45,510 nt of DNA from positions 1 through 45,510 of the forward strand of contig CALBPH010000631.1 in the NCBI GenBank assembly GCA_937899365.1. Reading direction: 5' to 3'. The DNA is from an uncultured Leptolyngbya sp. (GTDB taxonomy: Bacteria > Cyanobacteriota > Cyanobacteriia > Phormidesmidales > Phormidesmidaceae). Within the stretch, counting starts at the first letter, position 1. Each line of letters opens with the position of its first letter. The translations under genes and the position numbers were made by a program. The notes under the pieces are model-generated. The model saw only the letters and a list, made by a program, of their open reading frames with translations, made no database searches and was not told the DNA's origin. Positions 28,760 to 38,274 of the stretch are shown piece after piece.

Positions 28760-31243
28760 TTAGTCCAATAGTCGAGGGGAAGACCTGTGGCTGATTGTAT
28801 TGAGTAGATGTTGAACCCTGCTGCGCTGTTTTTGAGCATGGATATCGGAATATAAGCTTAGGGCCTGTTTCCAGTATTTATGGGCAACTTGGTTTTGGGT
28901 TAGGACGATATGACTATGACCCAGTTCAACATAAGCATTGGCTAGGTCACACTTTGCACCAATACTGTCGAATAGTTCAATGGATTGAGTATGAAACGTG
29001 AGGGCGGTGTCTAGCTGCTGGCGTTGACGAGCAATGGTAGCTAGGCCAGTGAGGGCTTTGGCTTTGACTTGTAGATAATGACCAGCGTCAGCAAAGGTGA
29101 GCGCTTGCTGGTATAACTTTTCAGCAAGTTCTATTTTGTTGAGCTGGCCATAGGTCTGACCTAAAAGCTGAATAAAGTAGGCGAGTCTGCCGGATGTTTG
29201 GCTTTGATGGGTAAAGGTGTTAAAGCAACTATTGGCTAACTGATAGGCCTGTTCAATGCGGTCTTGATAAGCATATGTAAGGGCCAGGGCTACGGTGGCT
29301 TTATTGGCCCAAGCCTGGTGGGGAGTATCTTGACCAAGGGTAATGACGGTACTAAAGGCTGTTTTGGCTTGTTCTAGCTCCCACAGATCCATGGCATATA
29401 ACCCCAGACTCAACCGTGAGTCGATATTCAACATTTGGAGGTAATAGTGGTTGAGGGGCTCTGCTCTATTGGTGGTGGCCAGGTGATTTTGGGTGGTTGC
29501 GATCGCATCCTGCTGACATTCAATCGCCTGATTAATCTCCCCGGTAATCCAATAAATATCTCCAAGAATATTACGCAGTTCACTGACCTGCGGTGATGGC
29601 TTAGATGCAGATTCTAGATGGGATAGCACCTCAACAATGAGCGTACTCACCGGTTGCAATAACCCCATTCGATAAAGGCTGCTAGCTAGGGGTAAAAACT
29701 GTTGCCACTGGTTATGGCGACTTTGTAACAATACCTGGGCGGCCGCTGAGTACTCACCGATGGCCACGTGATGATAGTACGCCTCTAAGGCCTGCTGAGC
29801 ATCTGAAAGTGAGGTCAGTAACTCTATGCTGTTGGTCCAATGGGTGGCGGCTACCTGATTAGCCAGATGCCACAGCTCACTTTGTCTGAGCCGTTCAATG
29901 GCTATGGCTCGAATGACAGGATGTAGCCAATATTGACCGTTCTCGACCTCGATGAGAGAACGATTTCTCAGGGATGTAATGGCCCGCTGTCCATCCGGTG
30001 GTTGGCATTGGGCTAATACGGTTGGTAACGAAAGCTTGGCGATTGTCTGATAGCGATAACAGCTCAATCGACATAGGAGCTGATACGCCGTAGGGTCAAG
30101 GTGTTGTAAGCGATCAATCTGACTAATGACCAGATTTTTAAGATCAATCTCAGCTAAGGGATCGGCTCGATAGGCTTTCCAGTAAGCTCCTAAATTGCCA
30201 TCAAAATCTGTTTGTACCGTGCTGCATAAAATTTCCATGGCTTTGGCATTACCGCCATAGGTTCGATGTAAGCACCGTAAAATCTCATGGGCATTGGGAA
30301 AACAGAGTTGATGATAGGTAAAACAGTGTTGCCAATCTGTCAGGGTGAGCCGAGGTAATCGATAGTGATAGGCCTTAATACCAGGTTCGCAGAGGCGATC
30401 TCGGCTGGTGATTAGTGTCGTTGTATTGATTGAAAAATCTGATAACAGTTTTAATAACTCTGTATAGCAGCGAGCCTCTTTAACAAACTGTCCATTGCCA
30501 TCTAGGGCCGGTTCGAGATTATCGATGAGAATGCCTATGCGTTGTTGTTTGAGATGACGTTTTAATCGACTGAGGCTAATGCTCACATCCTGACCAGGTT
30601 CGTCGTTTAGATCCTGCCGCAGCCACTCATCGAGAATATGTTCGACCGCCGTTAAATTTGAGGTTTCTTGGGCAATGCGCCACTCTAACACCAGGTCAAA
30701 GGCGGTGTGGCGTAGATAATTCTGAGCAAGGGTGGTTTTACCAAGGCCACCCTCCCCTTGAATGACAATGATTTTATGCCCCTGGTTACTTAAGGACTGG
30801 ATCTTCTCTATGGCATTGTCCCGACCAATAAAGTGAGGATCGATCCCGTGGGGGGCTATTGTTTGACTGGATTCTTGATGACTGGATTTCTGAGCGGGCT
30901 GGGTAACGCCAGCATGATTAAGTCGGGGCCAGGTTTCACGGGGCCATGCTTCTTCAGCGACATGAACCATTTTGCGCTTGGCGCGTTTGAGCCAATAAAC
31001 CATCCGTTATCGTTAGTTCCCTTTGGTGATGCGCTCTCCTAACACATCCGATAGGAGTCGCCATAGCTGGGATGCCACGTCTTTAATATGGCCTTCGCTA
31101 TAGCCAGCGATGGCTGCGATCGCACGATACGTTTTCCCTCCCCACACCTGCTGCAAAATACAGCATTGCAGATCGCTAAGATGCTGCCCCGTTTTCTCAT
31201 AGAGCAGAGAGTCAGTAAATTCGATTGCAGTATCAACACCCAT
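28760..31243 (-). CDS. HTH (vMAP-N-like) + NB-ARC/STAND ATPase + TPR protein, split by two in-frame TAAs at 31007-31015
   Basis: N-terminal LSDLQ..IL...W.GKTY..IA...YSEGHIKDV.S.LW.LLS..LGE.I.K.N is in frame with FIGR, GEGGLGKT (Walker A), LIDNLE (Walker B), LITSR, GGNAKAM, LHPVIR and C-terminal TPRs. Confidence 0.82.
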
Positions 31244-31637
31244 CGGCCATGGTCAATGGTTTTCTTCACACTGACAGACTACCGCCACGGTTAGGAACAT
31301 TGCGCATCAGATATCCCGACTTTTTCAGACCTTTAAATTCGTACACTTCCCTACAATCTCAGACAAAGAACCCTATAGGGTGTAAACAGGCAAGGGGGTA
31401 CACTGGTCTGACCCGTGTTGTTAATCAAATGATGTTGATGTAAACCCTTGAGCTCGCTCTCTACAAACTTTGGGGGCGTCTCAAACCTTGGGCACTTAGG
31501 GCACCCTGGTTAAAGACGATGGCCCCACTGGGGCCAATATTTTAATTTTTCAATGAACTTGGTGCTATCGGCTGTGTAACAGCACAGATAGGTCTAGTCA
31601 CGTTTAATGCATATTTGGAGCATACGTATCTGTAATT

Positions 31638-32414
31638 ATGACAACCCAAACTTTGCAAACTCTACCATCTGATTTGGACCCCCGTGGGCTACCTAACCAT
31701 ATCGCTGTGATTATGGATGGCAATGGTCGTTGGGCTCAAAGCCAGGGCCTGCCACGTATAGAGGGCCATCGTCGGGGGGCTAACGTCCTCAAAGATTTGC
31801 TGCGCTGTTGTAAGGATTGGGGCGTGGGGGCGCTGACGGCATATGCCTTCTCAACTGAAAACTGGCGACGTCCCCATGAGGAAGTTGATTTTCTGATGGT
31901 GCTGTTCGAGCGCTTGCTGCGCAAGGAACTGTCAGAAATGCATCGAGAAGGGGTACGTATTCGCTTTATTGGCGATTTGTCTGGGTTGCATGGGTCTCTG
32001 CGTCGTGAAATGGAGCGTTCCATGGAGCAGACTCAGCACAATGATGCGGTGGAGTTTAATGTTGCCATCAACTATGGCAGTCGCCATGAAATTACCCAGG
32101 CATGTCGCTCTGTTGCTGAGCGTGTAGAACGGGGTGAGCTTTCCGCCGATTCTATTACCGAAGAGCTTTTAGAGCGTCATCTCTATACTGCGGGCAGCAG
32201 CGATCCAGATTTGTTGATTCGCACCAGTGGTGAGCAGCGGTTAAGTAATTTTCTGCTATGGCAAATGGCCTATGCTGAAATGTACTTCACTGATGTATTT
32301 TGGCCCCAGTTTGATCGGCATCAGTTTCACCAAGCACTGCTAGCGTTCCAAAAGCGCGACCGTCGTTTTGGCGCGCTGTCTGAACCCGTTAAGGCACAGG
32401 CGCTGACGGCATAG
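31638..32414 (+). CDS. uppS: cis-Isoprenyl transferase (undecaprenyl/polyprenyl diphosphate synthase)
   Basis: [48 protein letters not shown] and RRFG. Confidence 0.95.
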   Translation: MTTQTLQTLPSDLDPRGLPNHIAVIMDGNGRWAQSQGLPRIEGHRRGANVLKDLLRCCKDWGVGALTAYAFSTENWRRPHEEVDFLMVLFERLLRKELSEMHREGVRIRFIGDLSGLHGSLRREMERSMEQTQHNDAVEFNVAINYGSRHEITQACRSVAERVERGELSADSITEELLERHLYTAGSSDPDLLIRTSGEQRLSNFLLWQMAYAEMYFTDVFWPQFDRHQFHQALLAFQKRDRRFGALSEPVKAQALTA

Positions 32415-32429
32415 GGGCAAGGTCTTAAT

Positions 32430-32467
32430 TTTGGATGTTGGGTTGGGAACTTAATCCAACATCCAAA
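32430..32467. terminator. Hairpin between convergent genes, probable bidirectional terminator
   Basis: TTTGGATGTTGG-N14-CCAACATCCAAA. Confidence 0.6.
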
Positions 32468-32482
32468 GCTCAAAACGTTTGA

Positions 32483-33334
32483 CTATGGGTTCACTGCTGC
32501 AAAGACAGCTGAATAGTCTTGGTCCGCCAGATCTTTTTCGATTGCCTGTTGGACGACCTGGGCGACACTTTTGGCAACGTCGGCGTTAAAGGTGTCAGCT
32601 GACTGCACAAATAGGTTCATATCCTTGAGCAGATGTTTGGTGGGAAAATTGGGATTGGCAAAGTTGCGATCGCACATGCGCCCCAGCTTTTTATCAAATG
32701 TCGGTGCATAGAGGGCGCTTTGGCGAACAATCGCCATAAACGTTTCAATGTCGATGGCCTCTTGTTGTACCAGGCTCAAACTCATGGCAAAGGCGGTGGT
32801 TAAGCTGCCAATCAGCTGGTTCATCGCTAATTTGACTCCGCTGCCTGCCCCCACCGGTCCCATTAGCTTGGGCTCGGGGCCAAAGCATTCCAAAATAGAT
32901 TTCCACTGGTTAAACTGGTCTGGGGTGGCCCCCGCCATCACAATCAGGGTTCCAGCTTTGGCTTCAGGAATGCTGCCAAGGACAGGGGCTTCAATATAGT
33001 CACCGCCAGCTGTTTGCACGGCTTGGGCAATGGCTTTACTCTCTTGGGGGGCGATGGTGCCCATCTGTAGAACGGTTTTGCCTGCTAACTGAGGTAGGGC
33101 ATCGGGGCTGAGTACGGTTGCTTGAATCGCATCGGCATTGGTCAGCATCAGGATGATCAGCTGAGAGGTTGAGATCGCAGCTATCGGTGTTTCCACCTGT
33201 TGAATGCCGTCTGCCAGCAGGGGCTGGAGTTTATCAGCGCTACGATTCCAGCCATATACCTGATGTCCAGATAATTGTAAGCGTCGTGCCATGGGTGCAC
33301 CCATTAGCCCTGTGCCTAGAAACCCAATGTCCAC
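32483..33334 (-). CDS. NAD(P)-dependent beta-hydroxyacid dehydrogenase (3-hydroxyisobutyrate DH / glyoxylate reductase family)
   Basis: IGFLGTGLMG, EAPVLGS and catalytic KLAMN. GTG at 33334 follows a GAGGAG Shine-Dalgarno, so the ORF-track extension is spurious. Confidence 0.92.
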   Translation of the reverse strand: MDIGFLGTGLMGAPMARRLQLSGHQVYGWNRSADKLQPLLADGIQQVETPIAAISTSQLIILMLTNADAIQATVLSPDALPQLAGKTVLQMGTIAPQESKAIAQAVQTAGGDYIEAPVLGSIPEAKAGTLIVMAGATPDQFNQWKSILECFGPEPKLMGPVGAGSGVKLAMNQLIGSLTTAFAMSLSLVQQEAIDIETFMAIVRQSALYAPTFDKKLGRMCDRNFANPNFPTKHLLKDMNLFVQSADTFNADVAKSVAQVVQQAIEKDLADQDYSAVFAAVNP

Positions 33335-33524
33335 GTTAATCTCCTCTTTTTCACAATGTTTGAATGGCGGCTGTCCTGGGGTTACCCGACTAACCTGTAA
33401 AACTAATAGGCCATGACGTCGCTGTCGATTAGGATTTTTTCTATGGTTTACTTGTACAGACATGCGGCCATCTGGCAATCGACGCATGCATCCTTGCCTA
33501 AATCAATCGCAGTGACCTAACTGT

Positions 33525-34001
33525 ATGTCGAAATCTTATATGTCTAATTTTTATCGTTTTCGTCCCTTAACCCGTCAGTGCATAGCTCTGGGGGCTGTCT
33601 GTCTAGTGTTGGCCAGCTGCACACCTCGAGAAGACTGTGCTTTGATTAACGATGCGCTGGCTGAAGGGAATTTGCGCATTCAAGAACTTTATGAAGGAAA
33701 CCGTGGCGGGCCCGGCTATAACCAGGGCATTGAACGCCAGGTGGGGCGTGTGTATTTTGATATATCCCAGGTGATCGATGGTCTGCTGCTCTCAGATCGA
33801 CGGTTGCAAACGGTCCAAATTAGTTTGGTTGAAGCCTATCAACAAGCTTCAGACTATCGATATGAGGCAGCAGATCTGATCTCTGATAACCCTAATCCTA
33901 ACGATCAGTTAGAAGCTGACATTCGCCAGCTACAGCTAGACCCCGAAGAGAATATTGGCGCCATCACTGCAACTTTACGCAAACATTGCCCACTGCGTTA
34001 G
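33525..34001 (+). CDS. Hypothetical lipoprotein
   Basis: LASC lipobox after a hydrophobic stretch; helical body with two further Cys. Confidence 0.7.
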   Translation: MSKSYMSNFYRFRPLTRQCIALGAVCLVLASCTPREDCALINDALAEGNLRIQELYEGNRGGPGYNQGIERQVGRVYFDISQVIDGLLLSDRRLQTVQISLVEAYQQASDYRYEAADLISDNPNPNDQLEADIRQLQLDPEENIGAITATLRKHCPLR

Positions 34002-34027
34002 CCAGCCTATTTGCATAAAAGCCAGAT

Positions 34028-34675
34028 TTAGCTGGCTGCCGACTCTAACAGTTGGATATTGGTAAACTGAAATTCCATGTCACCCTCATCGGCAGATGCG
34101 ATCGCACGCCGAGTCAGTACATGGTAGCCACCCACTTGGCCATACTCATCAGTAAACTGGCTGTGTCCTTTCTTCTGCTCACCTGTTTTCGGATCGTGAT
34201 ACACCGAGTCATAGGTATGCGACAGGTAACCGGCACCCGTGTCATGGGTGCTAAAGGTATTGATGGTAACCACAACACCGTGGATGTGGCGATGGACTAG
34301 CACTACCTCATCGTTAAGGACCTTATACTTATCGCCGGTGGATTTACCCTCAACTAAGATTTCCACGGCACCTCGCTCATCGGTTTCACCTAGGGCAAAG
34401 ACATTTTTGCCATGGGTAGTTTCAAACTCACGACGTACCCGGTGAATAGCCACTTCCCAAAGCTGACCCTTAACGAGTTTCAACGCAGCTTCATCATCAA
34501 TATCAAAAACCTCTGCTGAAAGGTCGGGATTCACCTTAGCGTTGCCAACATAGGTCTTGTCACCCTGCTTAAACTCCACATCCGTTGTGTAACCGGGGAA
34601 ATTACTATCCCAGGTATAGCGGTTTTCGTAAGCGGCACGCATTATGTCGCGGGCAGAAAGCTGTACAGCACTCAT
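34028..34675 (-). CDS. DUF3386 family protein
   Basis: RAAYENRYTWD..FPGY, EVAIHRVRR.F...HG.N and VHRHIHG. Confidence 0.88.
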   Translation of the reverse strand: MSAVQLSARDIMRAAYENRYTWDSNFPGYTTDVEFKQGDKTYVGNAKVNPDLSAEVFDIDDEAALKLVKGQLWEVAIHRVRREFETTHGKNVFALGETDERGAVEILVEGKSTGDKYKVLNDEVVLVHRHIHGVVVTINTFSTHDTGAGYLSHTYDSVYHDPKTGEQKKGHSQFTDEYGQVGGYHVLTRRAIASADEGDMEFQFTNIQLLESAAS

Positions 34676-34765
34676 GGGTATCAGTTTGATTACATCTACC
34701 CTTTACTTTAGTCAGTTTTTTGCCGGTTGAGCAGACGGATATGAATTCAGTCAACAATTAAGGCA

Positions 34766-35443
34766 TTACTCGGACTGAGGTCCCCAAAGCTCTGCCAATC
34801 GCTGATCGCGGCCACAGCCATAGCGGTAGAGGCGATAGCGAGCTGGATGGGTTTGATAATAATTCTGGTGATAGTCTTCTGCCGGATAAAATGCTGCTGC
34901 AGAAAGGATTTCAGTTGCAATCGGTTGCTCAAACAAGCCATCAATAGCTTGCTTAGAATCCTCGGCTAGCTGGCGTTGACTATCGTCATGATAGAAAACA
35001 ATCGAACGATACTGACTACCCTTATCGCAAAACTGACCTTGCCCGTCTAAAGGGTCCACGTTTCGCCAAAAAGTATCCAAAAGAGTTTCATAGCTGACTA
35101 AATCAGTGTCGTAATCAACTTTAACTACCTCTGCATGGCCAGTCGATCCTGATGATACCTGACGATAGCTAGGGAACTCGACGGTGCCTCCCATATAGCC
35201 TGAGGTAGTGTCTGTCACCCCTGGTAATTCATCAAAGGGATGTTCCATACACCAAAAACATCCCCCGGCAAATGTTGCTTGGGCAGGGGCTGCCAATGCT
35301 GCCGTTGGCCCCAGACAGCAGATGACGATAGCGATGAGGGCGCTGATGAATATTTGCTTGGGCTGCCACTGTACGCGTATTTCTGAGATGACGTTGCCGA
35401 TAGAAGATGCCAAATCCACTGGTGAAAAAATTCCTATATCCAA
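34766..35443 (-). CDS. msrA: Peptide methionine (S)-sulfoxide reductase, exported form
   Basis: GGCFWC, GHAE, GQFCD.G.QY and FYPAEDYHQ.YY, preceded by a hydrophobic signal ending ALA/A. Start uncertain. Confidence 0.93.
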   Translation of the reverse strand: MDIGIFSPVDLASSIGNVISEIRVQWQPKQIFISALIAIVICCLGPTAALAAPAQATFAGGCFWCMEHPFDELPGVTDTTSGYMGGTVEFPSYRQVSSGSTGHAEVVKVDYDTDLVSYETLLDTFWRNVDPLDGQGQFCDKGSQYRSIVFYHDDSQRQLAEDSKQAIDGLFEQPIATEILSAAAFYPAEDYHQNYYQTHPARYRLYRYGCGRDQRLAELWGPQSE

Positions 35444-35613
35444 GGAACTACAAAGGCTCCTAGGCTAAAGGACAAAACCGCTAGCAGCCAATAGTCAATG
35501 TACCTTTTAATTATAGGGCTGATTCGATGGCCCATAGTTTAGTGCTCCTCTCTCTGGCTGGCCGACCTCGATTGTCGCAGGTTGTCGAAACCTTGCAAAC
35601 ACAATCTAAGGGT

Positions 35614-38274
35614 TCATGGGTTTTCCCCAACATTCATCTCATCATTAAGTTCATCCGGTAACGATAGCGAATGCGTTATGACAGCGCCTGGTGTCATCAG
35701 GTTGGCCAATTGCACAATGGAGAGTTGACTCAGGGCAGACTTTGGATGTCTCCGGTTAAAGTCTAGAATTTGAGACGTAACGACTAAGCGATCTATCCCT
35801 TCAGTTCCCCAGTGTTGCGGTAATAGCGGGCTAACTGCTCTGTTAGCTGTCAAGGTCACTTGGTTGCTCAGTTTAGCCGTGGCCGGATTTGCTGCAGGGA
35901 TCGGCCAGGTCAGCTGGTGGCGGACTAATGAAACCGTCATACCTGCCATCATTGCCAAGGGTAATAGGACAGCGATGCCTCGAGTTTGCCAGCGTTGGTA
36001 GATAACCGTGTGTTGACTGATTTTCACAAATCTTTGGGCCAATGTTGATAGGTCTTGTAAATGGGCCTTTAAAAAATAATCGACATCTTTGAGATACTCT
36101 TGCCCTAAGAGGTATTCGGAGCATTTGAGTTCGCCGCGCTTATGCCATATCCAGGCTCGTTCTTCAAGATCCCGCCGTTGTCGTAGTGGCGAGCGATGGG
36201 TTTCTAGCCACTGCCGCAAGAGGGGCCAATCTGACACTAGTGATTTATGGGCGAGTGCGATAGTGTCTTCTGACCGTTCTGTAACTGCTGGGCTGCGAAT
36301 TACAAGCCAATGTTGACTCTCTGCTGTTTCATGCCCTTGAGTTTTCCAGACGGTTGCGGGTGTTGATTCATTATCTATTTGAGATTTCAATCGAGGTTGA
36401 TCGACTACCACTAGCCTGGCTGTGATTAAATTTTGCAAGATTCGATCAATTAAGCTTTGAGGAAATTGTTGATTAATTAATTCAACTTTACGAGCTTGAC
36501 GGCATCGATCCAATTGCCCGTCACCTAAATCACACAGAGAGAGAAAGATGCGCTGTGTTGCGGTTTGTTCAGCTGCTGATAATGACTGATAAAGTGCTGT
36601 TGCACGTTCAGAAATCATGGTAGATAACCGTCCTAACTTCATATAACTCTCGAGTGAGAGACAAGGGCTGCCTTTGCTATAAGAGGCTGGTGAACGATGT
36701 TGCCATAGTTCGTATAGAGAACTTTGTAACAGGGCGAGCTCACCCGGCGCACCCGTTAGGTCAAGGGTGAGATTATGGACTAAGTAAGGATCTATATTAA
36801 GACCTAATTTTTCTGCTGGCTTCTCAATGGTGTCTCGAATTTCTTGATAATTCATCGGAGTCATGACAATCCGATTACGTTCTATCAGTGAGAACAGCTC
36901 ACCGTACTTTAACAAGCTATCAATCGCATCTGAGCGTAAACTAACAATTACCCCTAGCGGTGATGACGGGCAACGTAAGGCATGGACTAAGGCATTAATC
37001 ACCGTTTGACGCTCTTGGTGTACTTGAGGGTCGGTGGTGGGCATCAATAGCTCTTCAAATTGGTCGATAATGAGCCAAATTTTTTTTACGTTGGGTCGTT
37101 GCAGGAGTGTTGCTGTCACTAAATTGACCAACCCCTCTGACCCATGCCTTAAAAGCGTCTCCGCTTGTAATAACTGATTCGCAACTTCTATTTCTTGATT
37201 GGCTAGTGTGAATACTGATGCTAGAGCTTTTAGTGGTTGTACCCCAGGAGTGACATAGCGCACTAGCCAATGTTCGCTGTCTACAATGTCATTGCCGCTG
37301 GATAGCTGTGGAATGAGCCCGGCTCGTAATAGTGACGTTTTACCACTACCTGAGGCTCCTATTAGGGCACAAATATTGGTGTTCTGTAATGTCTGTAGTA
37401 ATTCTTGTGTGAGAGCTTCTCGACCAAAGTAATAGTCAGTATGTTTCTCTTCAAAGGGGGCGGGACCACGGTAGGGGCAAAAATTAAAACTATACTGTTT
37501 GAGGCGAGAAATAATTGAGATACTTTCTGATTTTGGTAAGTAGCGTTCTAACTGACGAGTAATGACAATTTCGCTACCCCCTTGCTCAAAGAGAGGTTGT
37601 TGGATCTCACTACTGAGCTGGTTAGTAATGGTGGCGACGAGATCAGTGCTGGTGACTCGACCACTCTCAGCCTGTTGAGGTGATAAACCTGATAGGACTG
37701 CTTGGGTGAGTACACTGTAGTCGCTACTCAATGACTCATAGGCTTCTTCATGTTCACGGGATGCAGCTATGAATAGATAGCTTTGGCCATCACCTCCCTG
37801 CCATGTTTCATCCTTTAGAGAAAGAAATTCTCCACTATGGCAACAGTCTAAAATAATTAGGATCTGCCGTACTGGACTATGTTTGATTAAGCGACGTAAC
37901 CATGATAGAGATAGCCCGCTGTTAGACGTGTCGGGTTGAGTGTCACTGGTGGCTAGATACCCTTCTCGGATGCCCATCTCTCGTTGCAGTCCATGGCCTG
38001 AGAAGTAGAAGAAGACAGCTTCGGGGATATGATCGCCTTTAGGTAATAAAAGCCGCACCAGGTTATTTTCTAGTTGCTGCGATGATACAGGTGTTTGGCG
38101 GCCAATCTTTGGACGCTGCTCTTCAATAACTTCAGGTAGTCGCCGCACACGGAAATCGCCATAGGTTTCTAGCATGTTGGCGATACCTTCAGCGTCTTTA
38201 GCTGCCGCAGTCAGCCTTGGCAGGTTGTGGTACTGATTAATTCCAACAATCAGTGCATCTCGTGACATAACCAA
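35614..38274 (-). CDS. Caspase-like (peptidase C14) + nSTAND1 NTPase protein with a C-terminal TM
   Basis: ALIVGIN.Y, YFSGHG (His), LDCCHSG (Cys), CPYRG..PF...YFGRE, GASGSGKTS, IIDQFEE, PGELALLQ..L.ELW and H..L...WP.L..W. Confidence 0.88.
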   Translation of the reverse strand: MVMSRDALIVGINQYHNLPRLTAAAKDAEGIANMLETYGDFRVRRLPEVIEEQRPKIGRQTPVSSQQLENNLVRLLLPKGDHIPEAVFFYFSGHGLQREMGIREGYLATSDTQPDTSNSGLSLSWLRRLIKHSPVRQILIILDCCHSGEFLSLKDETWQGGDGQSYLFIAASREHEEAYESLSSDYSVLTQAVLSGLSPQQAESGRVTSTDLVATITNQLSSEIQQPLFEQGGSEIVITRQLERYLPKSESISIISRLKQYSFNFCPYRGPAPFEEKHTDYYFGREALTQELLQTLQNTNICALIGASGSGKTSLLRAGLIPQLSSGNDIVDSEHWLVRYVTPGVQPLKALASVFTLANQEIEVANQLLQAETLLRHGSEGLVNLVTATLLQRPNVKKIWLIIDQFEELLMPTTDPQVHQERQTVINALVHALRCPSSPLGVIVSLRSDAIDSLLKYGELFSLIERNRIVMTPMNYQEIRDTIEKPAEKLGLNIDPYLVHNLTLDLTGAPGELALLQSSLYELWQHRSPASYSKGSPCLSLESYMKLGRLSTMISERATALYQSLSAAEQTATQRIFLSLCDLGDGQLDRCRQARKVELINQQFPQSLIDRILQNLITARLVVVDQPRLKSQIDNESTPATVWKTQGHETAESQHWLVIRSPAVTERSEDTIALAHKSLVSDWPLLRQWLETHRSPLRQRRDLEERAWIWHKRGELKCSEYLLGQEYLKDVDYFLKAHLQDLSTLAQRFVKISQHTVIYQRWQTRGIAVLLPLAMMAGMTVSLVRHQLTWPIPAANPATAKLSNQVTLTANRAVSPLLPQHWGTEGIDRLVVTSQILDFNRRHPKSALSQLSIVQLANLMTPGAVITHSLSLPDELNDEMNVGENP

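Noticed and set aside
6021-31015. Stop-codon reassignment or programmed readthrough as the cause of the internal stops
   Set aside because: TAA and TAG both end many genes normally here, the inferred replaced residues differ, and nearby codons are also corrupted, which fits base-calling error.
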